Both the position numbers and the translations under genes were made by a program. A stretch of DNA of 64,000 nt, taken from NCBI RefSeq assembly GCF_001194135.2, contig NC_068985.1, positions 75,760,079 through 75,824,078 of the forward strand, written 5' to 3'. The notes beneath the pieces were generated by a model. It was not told the origin of the DNA. It saw nothing but the letters and a program-made list of their open reading frames with translations, and made no database searches. Below are positions 54,174 to 64,000 of this stretch, piece by piece (position 1 is the first letter of the stretch; each line of letters opens with the position of its first letter). This DNA comes from Octopus bimaculoides (lineage: Eukaryota).

Positions 54174-55783
54174 CCTACCAATGCTTGACAACCTGTGTTG
54201 GTGTGCTTACATCCCTGTATTTTAGTGGTTTAGCAAAAAAGACTGACCAAGAAAATAAGTACTAAACTTTAAGAAAAAAAGACTAGAGTGTAGTGATCCA
54301 GCATGGCTGCAGTCTAATAACTGAAACAAGTAAAAGATAAAAGTCTGAGTTCAAATTACACTGAGATCCCGTTTTAGGGTTGATAAAAAGGTGCCAATCC
54401 TGGGCAGTGAACTGGAGGTACTATAAAGATGACAATCTGGATATGTGAGTTCAGATTCTGCCAAGGCCTGTTTGGGTTCTAGACTTAATCTGTTGTCCAG
54501 TTTAATACCATAACCTAACATCTTAGGAACTTTCAGAAGCCCACTCTTCTATAAACATTCAGACCAGCTCTTTGGTTGGAGGATATATCTCCCACCTACC
54601 AATCTCAGAGGTCCTTTAACAGGTCATGGGCACTGCTTTTCCTCCTGACTAAATGATAAAAAAAATAATGATAATAATAAATAACTTCTCAGATTGTTGC
54701 TACACCAGAACACTTCCAAACTGTTGACTGACACATTTCTCTTTACCTTACAGCTAGCTAAGCTTGCTAAGAACTACAAAACCTTTGCTCGAATTTCTCT
54801 CTCTGTTCTTTAATGCAATATCATAATTCTCTTAGTCTGGCTGTTGCAGGACTGGGCTATGTGTCAAACTTTAGCTTGATAAACTACACCCCCCCCCACC
54901 TAACATCTCCATTCTTTTCTGTTGCCTGGTTACTACTGAGTGGACAGGTGGGGGGGGGGGCACTGACTGTATGTAACATTCCCATTCTTACTTAAACCAT
55001 GAATGAGTGATCCTTTCAGTTTGTTGTCCACCTTGTTTTTTTTTTTATTTATTCCAAAAAAGAAATTATGCTACCCCTCTCTCACATTTTCTCTCTGTAT
55101 TTCTTCCCCACACATTGTGGGTGTGTGTGTGTATATAAAAATTGCCTTTTGAGTGAAGAGTTCTGTACTCTTATCACAAATGTCTCCCTTCCACTGATCA
55201 TCATCATCACCTTCACCACATTGCTAGAGCTCATGCATAAACAAAATTAGTTGAATTGAATTTACAGTTACCTATATTGTACATCTTCTAAAATAGAAAA
55301 CTATATGCACGTGTGTGTGTGTGTGTGTGGTGACACCTATTTCAAATCACATAAGGACTGAAAACAAAATTGACTCTGAGCCTGATTTCAGCTTATAATG
55401 GGGAAATCTATTTAACACTCAGGTGCACGCGTGCGCACACACACACAAACAAAATACAATTCAATTCAACCGAAACACTTAGCAGCATTACATCATTGAA
55501 CAATAACACTAAAGCAACACTGAGCAGCACTTAAATAGGTTTTATCCTCTATCTTTTACTTGTTTCAGTCATTGGACTGAGGCCATACTGGGGCACCACA
55601 TGGAAAAATGTTTAGTCAAATGAATCAACCCTAGTACGTTTTCTCTAAGTCTGGTGCTTATTTTGTATTGATCTCCTTTGCCTAACTGCTAAGTTAAACA
55701 TCCATAAACACACCAACACTGGTTGTCAAGCTGTGGCAGGGGACAAACACAGATACACACACAAGTCTATATGTATATACAGA

Positions 55784-56510
55784 CAAGGTGGTATCAAAAG
55801 ATTTTGGAATCCGGGCTGGAAGTCATTTTCTGTAAACAAGTCAAGGACCTTCTGCAATTCACTTTGGATCTGAACAACAGTGTTTAAACAGTGACCTTTG
55901 AGCTGCATTTTCACCTTGGGGAAGAGATGGAAGTCCGCAGGTACTAAATCTGGTGAATAGGGTGGATGCGGAAGTGATATATTGTTTTTGGTGAGAAAGT
56001 TACAAGTGAAGGGAGCTCAATGAAGAAACCAATTCTTTGCACTCCACAGGTCCAGTTGCTTTCACTGAACGTTGCAGTAGAACTTTCAATTGAGGGCTTG
56101 GCCTTAGGAGATGAATTCTTGATGCACAATACCACATTTCCGAGGGTGACGCTCATGGCAGGTCTTCCAGATTGCACATTATCTTCCAGGAACATTCTTC
56201 TGCTTTTGAAGTGCCCGTTCTATTCAAAACATTGCGTATGACCAATTGCCTCATCACCAAAGCATGCTCAATATCTCTGTAAAAGACTTCCCAAGTTTAA
56301 CACTGTCTTCCTGTCCATGACAAAATTGCAGACTACAGCATACACGTGATCACAAACACAAATTTCACAACTTGTGAAGAAAACACAGCAATGTCACTTG
56401 GTATACTGCCTCATGGTGGTCACTGCTAGCTCTAACTGCACATGCAGCTGTATTCTGCCATCCGTTGGCCCATTAGAGAACTTGTTCAGGAACTTTTTGA
56501 TACCCCCTTG
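55784..56510 (-). mobile_element. Internally deleted mariner (DD34D-type) element
   Basis: Imperfect TIRs CAAGG(T/G)GGTATCAAAA; TA after 56510. The minus strand encodes N-terminal CVKLGKSFTE...LEDNVQSGRP joined directly to C-terminal HPPYSPDLVPADFHLFPKVKMQLKG. Confidence 0.9.
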
Positions 56511-58232
56511 TATATATTCGACGGGCTTCTTTCAGTTTTCATCCACCAAATCCACTCACAATGCTTTGACTGACCCAAGGTTATAGTAGAAGACACTTGC
56601 CCAAGGTGCCATGCAGTAGGATTGAACCCAGAGCTATGTGGTTGAGAAGCAAGCTTCTTATGAGGTTAAACACTTATTAATACTTACATAACTCTAAAAT
56701 AACACTGAGTAACATTTTAACATTATTGAATAACACTAAAATAATACTGCACAATACTAAAATAATATTGGTTTCAAATTTTGGTACAAGGCCTGCAAAT
56801 TCTGAGGAGTGGGTAAGTTGATAACATCAGCCCCAATGCTCAACTGGTACCTACTTTATCAATCCTGATAGGATGAAAGGCAAAGTTGACCTTGGTGGAA
56901 TTTGAACCCAGAACGTAAAGATGGACAAAATGCCTATAAACATTATGCCCAGTGTGCTAACAATTCTGCCAGCTTGCTGCCCTGCAATACTAAAATAATA
57001 TTGACCAACACTAAAACAATATTGATCAACTCTAACAATAATACTAAAACAAGGCTAACACGACACTCAATACAGTATAACAAAGAATCTCAGTACCTCT
57101 GGGTAAAGACAGTTTTGGTGCCCTCATTAACAAGTTAGAGGAAATTTTGTGCTCTTCACATTTGTATCTGGGACAAGAAATGGAGGTGACCAATCCTATC
57201 CTTACCTTTCCATGCTGTACCTCTGATTGAATACTTCAAAAATAACACCAAACAATATAACTACTACAACACAAGATGTCACTGAAACACCATTAATCAA
57301 TTCTAAAACAACATTGAATAGCATTAAAACAATACCAGACAACATTGAACAATCTAAAAGCAACAACACTAAAATAAACTTAACATTACTTTACAACATA
57401 AATACATATAGACCAAACAAGATAAAACTCAAACAAAATTGTATAATGTTATTACAGCACCAAGCTGAAAGAATACTGCATATTGTTATAAGACCTGAAC
57501 AAAGCTTAGACAATATTGGTTTCAAGTTTTGGCAAAAGGCCGGTAATTTTGGGTGGGGAGGAAGTAAGTTGATTACATTGACCCCAGTGCTCAACTGGTT
57601 ATTATTTTATCAACTGAACCCTTCAAAGGTTTAGCTGAAGAAATCAACCCCACTACTATTTTTTTTTTTTAAGTCTATTATTGTCCTTTGCCAAACCACT
57701 AAGTTACAGGCTTAGTGGTTAGGGTTTTCGGCTCATGGTCATGAAGTTCAATTCCTGGTAGCACATTCTGTCCTTGAGCAAGACACTTTATTTCACGTTG
57801 TATTTGTAATTCAAAGAGGCTTCCTTGTCACATTCTGTGTCGAGCTGAATCTCCCTGAGAACTATGTTAAGGTACATGTGTCTATGGAGTGCTCAGTCAC
57901 TTGCAAGTTAATTTCACAAGCAAGCTGTTCCATTTATCTGATCAACTGGAACCCTTGCAGTTGTAACTGACTGAGTGCCAGTCAAAAAGGGGTGGGCTTC
58001 TTTCAATTTCCATCTACCAAATCCTTTAATAAGGCTTTACTCAGCTTGAGGCTATAGTAAAAGACACTTGATCAAGGTGCCATGCAATGGGACTGAACTC
58101 AGACCCTTGTGGGTGGGAAGCAAGGTGCTTACCACACCACCAAACCTGCACCTATTTGTATTTAATATCTGTGTGTGTGTGTGTGTATATACACAAGCTT
58201 GCATATTATCTGAATTATATATAAATATATGT

Positions 58233-58620
58233 GGAGGCACAATGGCCCAGTGGTTAGGGCAGTGGATTCGTTGTCATAGGATCGCGGTTTCGATTCCCAG
58301 ACCAGGCGTTGTGAGTGTTTATTGAGCAAAAACACTTAAAAAGCTCCACGAGGCTCCGGCAGAGTTTGGTGGCGAACCCTACTGTATTCTTTCACCACAA
58401 CTTTCTCTCACTCTTACTTCCTGTTTCTGTTGTGCCTGTAATTCAAAGGGTCAGCCTTATCACACTGTGTCACACTGAATATCCCCAAGAAATACATTAA
58501 GGGTACACGTGTCTGTGGAATGCTCAGCCACTTGCACGTTAATTTCACGAGCAGGCTGTTTTGTTGATCAGATCAACTGGAACCCTCGACGTCGTAAGCG
58601 ACGGAGTGCCAACAACAACA
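58233..58620 (+). mobile_element. Young tRNA-derived SINE
   Basis: GGAGGCACAATGGCCCAGTGGTTAGGGC...GGTTTCGATTCCCAGACC...GGAGTGCCAACAACAACA; older relatives at ~19.1 and ~57.7 kb. Confidence 0.85.
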
Positions 58621-58944
58621 TATAAATATATAAAGACATAAAAAATATAATCATACACATGTTAAGGGAGGCATATATATACACATGAAACCTATATGTG
58701 CATAAGCTTGTTTATATATATATATATATATATATATTCACATATTCAAATACAGACACATATAGGCATAGACATGGCTGTTTAATAAGAGAATTACTTC
58801 CCAACCACATTGCTCAGTGTTCAGTCCCACTGCATGGGACAAATGTCTTCTATAGCCTCAGGCTAACCAAAGCCTTGTGAGTGGAGTTCTTAGATGGAAA
58901 CTGAAAGAAGCCCATCCTATATATATATATATATATTGTGTAAA

Positions 58945-59822
58945 GGATCATGGGTAAGGCCAAAACAATGCGAAGTAAATGCATGGTAAATCATGAGAAA
59001 AATATGTGAATTAATGTAGACTTACTTTGTATTTGATATTTTGGGGTTATGACACTATTTTCAAGAAATTGACAATTGTTGTTGATGTGTGTGAGTGTGC
59101 GTGGAAAGATGTTGCTATAGCAACCAGCTAGCTTCCTGTAACACTTTTCTATTGTTGATCTTAGCTTTCTTTTGGTGTATGAGGATGGCCTCAGAGATTC
59201 TAAGGTTGCACTTGTTCTGCTGTGTTACCTTGATGTGCACAGAGAACTCACGTATCTGGCATTTCCATAGATGTTTCCTTCATGGAAGTGTCTGCCTGCA
59301 TGTGTTCCTTAATGCGTACATGCAGTTTTCTTGTTGTGCTTCCTTTGTAGAATATGCCACATTTGCCACAGATGATCTCTATACAACATAGGTCCTCTGG
59401 CACAATTCAGGGTCAGTGATGGGGCAGTTCGATAATGTGCACTCCTTGGTGTAGTGAGAGGTTTTGTTCTTGGACAGAGCTTTTCTCAGGGAAGGGTCGG
59501 TGTGCACTATCTGTATGTCAAGTCCTTCCTTGCAGACTGCATGTTGTATCACTGTAGTGGTTCTGTTCTCAAAGTGTGGTAGCTTTACGAAGCACATGCT
59601 GGACTTGGGAGTATGATAGTTCTCCTGGGGTTTATTGACCTTGGTGTCCTTTAGGCACCATTGTTTAGCTAAAGATGGTGGGTAGCCATTCAGGGCTAGG
59701 TCTGAGGTACTATTTGATGTTGATGGCTTTGTCAGTCACATTGCTGCAATTGTTGTTTATACATGCAATCTCATTGCTCACGTATGTGGCTTTGGCTCTG
59801 GTGGGTCAGGCTGATTGGTAGT
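58945..59822 (-). mobile_element. 5'-truncated Penelope-like element relic (RT thumb + GIY-YIG endonuclease + 3' pLTR-like region)
   Basis: Minus strand with frameshifts: [69 protein letters not shown] (GIY-YIG), LRISEAILIHQKKAKINN. Stop at 59115-59117; truncated at a (TA)n tract. Confidence 0.87.
59031..59069 (-). ncRNA. Decayed minimal hammerhead motif in the PLE 3' region
   Basis: Minus strand ATTT-CTTGAAAA-TAGTGTCATAACCCC-AAAA-TA-T-C-AAAT. Stem I ATTT/AAAT and motif spacing are retained; the core differs from CUGANGA...GAAA-CG-UC mostly by G>A/C>T changes. Confidence 0.5.
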
Positions 59823-59840
59823 GATATATGTATGTGTGTG

Positions 59841-59903
<63 letters not shown>

Positions 59904-60142
59904 ACATAAATATATACATATATATATATATGTATATATATATGTATAAATATGTGTATATGTATATATATATATGTGTATATCTATATGCATATATATA
60001 TATGTATATATATATGTATAAATATGTGTATATGTATATATATATATATGTGTATATCTATATGCATATATATGTGTATATATATATATATATGCATATC
60101 TATGTGTGTAAACCTGTATGTATATATATATCATCATCATAA

Positions 60143-60180
<38 letters not shown>
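59823..60180. repeat. Compound (TA)n/(TG)n microsatellite with higher-order duplication
   Basis: Block TATATGTATAAATATGTGTATATGTATATATAT...GTGTATATCTATATGCATATATA occurs twice. Confidence 0.9.
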
Positions 60181-60181
<1 letters not shown>

Positions 60182-61239
60182 AAATAGATATAAGATAATG
60201 TGATCTTTTATTGTTTTACTTGTTTCAGTCATTTCTGACTGTGGCCATGCTGGAGCACCACTTTAAAGGGTGTTAGTTGAAGAACTTGACCCCAGTACTT
60301 ATTCTATGAGTTTCTTTTGCCGAACTGCTAATTAACAGGGGAGAAGCATATATATGTGATGGACTTCTTCCAGTTTCTGTCTACCAAATCCACTCACAAG
60401 GCTTTGCTCGGCCTGAGGCTATTGTAGAAGACACTTGCCCAAGGTGCCGCACTGTGGGACTGAACCTGGAACCATGTGTTTGGGAAACAAGCTTCTTACC
60501 ACACAGCATGTGTGTGTATATATATATATCATCATTATCATTATCATGTAATGTCCGTTTTCCATGCTGGCATGTGTTGGACAGTTTGAATGGAGCTCGT
60601 AAAGCCAGGGATTACACGAGACTCCATTGTTTGTTCTGACATGGGTTTCTATGATGCCTTTCTTTATAGAGTGTACTGGGTGCTACTAATGTGGCACCAG
60701 CACGAGTGCTTTTTATGTGGCACCAGCACTGGTATCAGTTCTGCTGTGGTGGACAAGGTCTTCTTGAGTACAGCAATGCATCAGATATCTTAGTCCTTAG
60801 TCATCTCTTTCATAAGGCCTTCTACACTTAGTCCCATGTGATACATAAACTGCAGATATGTATTAAGTATCATAAAGGTCTATATATAATATAATTACAT
60901 GCATCTTGATTTGGGGGATTAAATTGTCTTAAAAACCTATAACACCATACATTTACATGTGTTACACAACTGCTACTAGAGTAAGTAATCTGTTATTATC
61001 CTGTATATGGCAAATAAGATTGTCTGAATAGGTTGACGGACCAACTGAACTGTATTCCATATCAAGCAATTTCCAAGCAAAGTTTCTGTACACTTTCAAA
61101 TTCCTCTCTGAGCCCCTCATAAATGATCCACTTAACTACATGTTCTTTATGCAAAAGGCATTCCTGGAAATTTTTTCCTGTCATCCAACTATTCAATTTT
61201 TGTGATTTGATATTTTATTTTACCTCATATAACAGTTAC

Positions 61240-61267
61240 TTACAAATATTTTAAATTTATATTTCAG
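61240..61267 (+). promoter_or_regulatory. 3' splice acceptor of the LRR coding exon
   Basis: ttttaaatttatatttcag|GTG lies exactly at the start of the open frame, so upstream exon(s) exist. Confidence 0.75.
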
Positions 61268-61282
61268 GTGAAATGGAAGAAG

Positions 61283-63049
61283 ATGATGAAGGTATTGCTG
61301 TGGATTCCTGACACAGTGATCATTGTTCTACTGTTTATTTTGTTTCCGTGTAACAACCACACACAGGCAACTACTTGTCCATTGTTGTGTGAGTGCTTGC
61401 AGGATTACTATGTCTATTGTGACGACCAAGGTATTACACCTGATATGTTAAAGAGAATGGCAGAAAAAATTCCCAGACAAGTCCGATATATTGATCTTAG
61501 CCAAAATAAACTCGACACTGTACCAACTGAGATTTTTGAACACTTTTCTAAGGTTCATCACCTGAACTTGGCTGTTAACCAAATTAAGGAATTAACTCCT
61601 GGCTTATTCAGTAATCTGACCAGTTTGATCAAATTAAACTTACAAGCAAACCTGTTGTCACAATTGAAATCTAATTTACTAAGAGGGCTTTCTGAACTTG
61701 AAGAACTGCATTTGGAATGTAACTATATTGAAACAATCAGTAATGATTCCTTTTCTGGTCTTCTTAATCTGAAAAGAATATACCTTTTCAAAAACAATGT
61801 TGGAAAAATTTACCAAAACAGCTTTCGAGGTTTGCAGTCTCTCCATATACTAGATGCTTCTAACAATGCAATATTTCAGATTTCTGATTATAGCTTTCTT
61901 GATTTGAGGCATCTTACTACTTTACAACTTAACAGTAATCAAATTGATTCAATTGCCATGTTCACATTTGCTGGCCTTGATAAGCTTGAAGAGTTGTTCT
62001 TGGATGGAAACCGAATTTCAGAATTAAAACCAGAGTCTTTATCAACATTTGGAAAAAGCTTGAGAATTCTTTCTTTAAATGACAATGAAATATCTTCAAT
62101 TGAACCCAATACATTTACCAAATTGCCCAAATTACGGAAACTATTTTTGAATGCTAATTTATTATCAGAATTTCAACTTGAAACATTTAAAGGAGTTGAC
62201 AATTTGAGAGAAATTCATGTATGCAAGAATAAATTTGAATATCTTCCTAAAAATATATTAATGGGTGCCAACCATATATATTATGCAGATTTTAGTGACA
62301 ATCTTATTTCATCCATAAACACTGATGCATTTGCCAATTTCCGTGAAAGTGTTCGTTATTTGTTTTTGCAAAATAATCGTTTAAAAGAGCTGCATGCTGG
62401 CATGTTTCGTCGTATGGTTTATCTTCGAGAACTTAATGTCTCGGAGAATAGAGTATCTGTGATTAAAGAGAATGTGTTTCAGACATTACGCAATCTGCGA
62501 ATTTTGAATTTGTCAGGAAATAAACTGACACACATCACACCAAGTGATTTGATAGGTGCAAAATCTCTGGAGAAACTATATCTCCATTCTAATCCTGTAG
62601 AGAGTTTTCATGGATTTAGATTTAGTAAACAGGAAAGTCTTAGATTTGTCACAATGAATTTAACTCTTTCAGACATTTCACCTTTTTCTATGACAATCAG
62701 CTGGCCCTACAAAGGTGGGACACAGATTTATTGGACAATGACAGGGATTTGTTTAAACAGATCTTCATCCTGTGCATTTCGAGAACAATCCACCTATTTT
62801 CCTGCATTTAAAACTTCAATATACATTGACAAACTTCAGCCATCATCTCTGTATTATGTTTGTGTTAACCCTGTTTTCTTGTCATCTCATGCACAAGTCA
62901 TACAATGCCTTCATGTACGGACTCCCATCAATTCATATAAGCCCTTTGTCCAAACAACAGCAGCACAAGTTGTCAATTTTAGTCCTACTCGCATTACACT
63001 CAGTTTTGTGACTTATTTACTCATCATTTTTATTATTTATTCTTCATAA
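61283..63049 (+). CDS. Single-exon extracellular leucine-rich-repeat protein (signal peptide, LRRNT, 16 typical ~24-aa LRRs, FN3-like domain, C-terminal hydrophobic/GPI-like tail), 588 aa from first in-frame ATG
   Basis: Uninterrupted 593-codon ORF (61268-63049). N-terminal hydrophobic stretch (VIIVLLFILF), then CPLLCEC...VYC LRRNT and 16 LxxLxLxxN repeats (e.g. LEELHLECNYIETISNDSFSGLLN). FN3 signature ISWP...KLQPSSLYYVCV, ending in TLSFVTYLLIIFIIYSS*. First in-frame ATG at 61283; the frame is also open from the acceptor, so an upstream coding exon is possible. Confidence 0.92.
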   Translation: MMKVLLWIPDTVIIVLLFILFPCNNHTQATTCPLLCECLQDYYVYCDDQGITPDMLKRMAEKIPRQVRYIDLSQNKLDTVPTEIFEHFSKVHHLNLAVNQIKELTPGLFSNLTSLIKLNLQANLLSQLKSNLLRGLSELEELHLECNYIETISNDSFSGLLNLKRIYLFKNNVGKIYQNSFRGLQSLHILDASNNAIFQISDYSFLDLRHLTTLQLNSNQIDSIAMFTFAGLDKLEELFLDGNRISELKPESLSTFGKSLRILSLNDNEISSIEPNTFTKLPKLRKLFLNANLLSEFQLETFKGVDNLREIHVCKNKFEYLPKNILMGANHIYYADFSDNLISSINTDAFANFRESVRYLFLQNNRLKELHAGMFRRMVYLRELNVSENRVSVIKENVFQTLRNLRILNLSGNKLTHITPSDLIGAKSLEKLYLHSNPVESFHGFRFSKQESLRFVTMNLTLSDISPFSMTISWPYKGGTQIYWTMTGICLNRSSSCAFREQSTYFPAFKTSIYIDKLQPSSLYYVCVNPVFLSSHAQVIQCLHVRTPINSYKPFVQTTAAQVVNFSPTRITLSFVTYLLIIFIIYSS

Positions 63050-63073
63050 ACATTTCCTTACAGAAACCTGAAA

Positions 63074-63079
63074 AATAAA
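63074..63079 (+). terminator. Candidate polyadenylation signal AATAAA
   Basis: AATAAA ~25 nt after the LRR stop codon and just before a SINE array. The A-rich context lowers specificity. Confidence 0.45.
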
Positions 63080-63120
63080 AATTGAAGCTGATGCATTATT
63101 ATTATTGTTATTATTATTAA

Positions 63121-63774
63121 GGCGGTGAGCTGACAGAATCATTAGCACGCTAGATGAAATGCTTAGCAGTATTTCATCTGTCGGGGTCAACTTTTCCTTG
63201 CCGATAAATTAAGTGCCAGTGAAACACTGGGGTTGATGTAATTGACTCATCTTCTCCCTCCCCAAAATTGCTGCCCTTGTGGGAAAATTTTGAACTATTA
63301 TTATTATTAAAGTGGTGAGGTGGTAGAATCGTTAGCAAGCTGGACAAAATGCTGAATGGTATTTTGTCTGTCTTTACATTTTAAGTTCAAATTCCACTAA
63401 GGTTGACTTTGCCCTTCATCCTTTCAGGGCTGATAAAATAAGTACCAGTTGCATACTAGGGTCGATATAATTGACTATCCTCCCCCTAATTTCAGGCCTT
63501 GTGCCTATTGGAGAAAGGATTATTATTATGAAGGCAGCAAGCTGGCAGAAGCATGTAGCATGCTGGCTACATGCTTAGTGGTATTTCATCTGTCTTTATA
63601 TTCTGAGTTCAAATTCCACTGAAGTTGATCTTTGTCTTTCATTCTTTCAGGGTCAATGAAATAAGTACTAGTTGTTCACTGGGGTCAATGTAATTGACTT
63701 ACCTCTTCTGCTGAAAATGCTGGTCTTGTGTCAAAATTTGAAATCATCATCATCATTGTTATTATTATTATTAA
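63121..63774 (+). mobile_element. Head-to-tail trimer of the Nin/Deu-like SINE
   Basis: Units start at 63121, 63311 and 63533 with (G/A)G(C/T)(G/A)G(T/C)(G/A)AG and are each separated by (TTA)n tails. Confidence 0.82.
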
Positions 63775-63780
63775 GGCAGC

Positions 63781-64000
63781 AATCTCACGAGCTCTAGATA
63801 GGATGTTGATAACTTTGAAGTTGGCAGAAGATGTCCCAGATGCAAGAAATCACTCAAGAACTTTGGATAAGCATTATGAGTATGCACATTGGTTCATGGA
63901 AGAGGGAGTCGTCAGCCATTGTGTATCCATTGATGAATGTGGGTATAACATTTGGACCTGGCGGTCTTTTGGATGAGCTCCTCGAGGCGTTCCTCTTTGC
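63781..64000 (+). pseudogene. IS630-Tc1-mariner transposase fragment running off the window
   Basis: ISRALDRMLITLK...PDARN...YAHWF...HCVSIDECGYNIWTWRSFG*APRG: first catalytic D motif (63932) and an in-frame TGA. Confidence 0.7.

Noticed and set aside
57227-57634. 135-aa Thr/Asn-rich ORF
   Set aside because: Derived from a degenerate AAC-rich repeat plus an antisense SINE.
61939-63011. Small ORFs overlapping the LRR CDS (61939-62130 -, 62772-63011 +)
   Set aside because: Shadow frames of the real gene.

Overview
Eukaryotic, AT-rich, microsatellite- and SINE-saturated scaffold with nine N-gaps. The repeat families resemble octopus repeats as I recall them; this is inference and was not searched. 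There is one convincing protein-coding exon (61283-63049, +): a single-exon secreted LRR protein with signal peptide, LRRNT, 16 LRRs, no cysteine LRRCT cap, an FN3 domain and a hydrophobic GPI-like tail. It follows a splice acceptor, so much of the upstream 61 kb may be intron. The rest is transposon landscape: a full-length TA-flanked Tc1-like element with DD36E spacing (26141-27687), an internally deleted mariner, RTE-clade LINE relics, piggyBac- and hAT-type MITEs, several SINE families, and a Penelope-like (PLE) RT-thumb/GIY-YIG relic. The most interesting signal lies outside the ORF track: a set of minimal type I hammerhead-ribozyme (HHR) motifs. (i) A tRNA-head + HHR element forms a ~470-bp head-to-head palindrome with a 10-bp target-site duplication (41618-42090). 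(ii) Four copies of a ~170-200-bp microsatellite-flanked HHR element lie at 23.0, 29.7, 32.1 and 32.7 kb. (iii) A decayed HHR sits ~45 nt after the stop codon of the PLE relic. Several long fold-back elements also occur (8.9, 16.6, 17.1 kb), plus a perfect 34-bp hairpin (14.5 kb). Together these suggest PLE-mobilised, ribozyme-bearing non-autonomous retroelements. All alignments and folds were done by eye and need computational confirmation.
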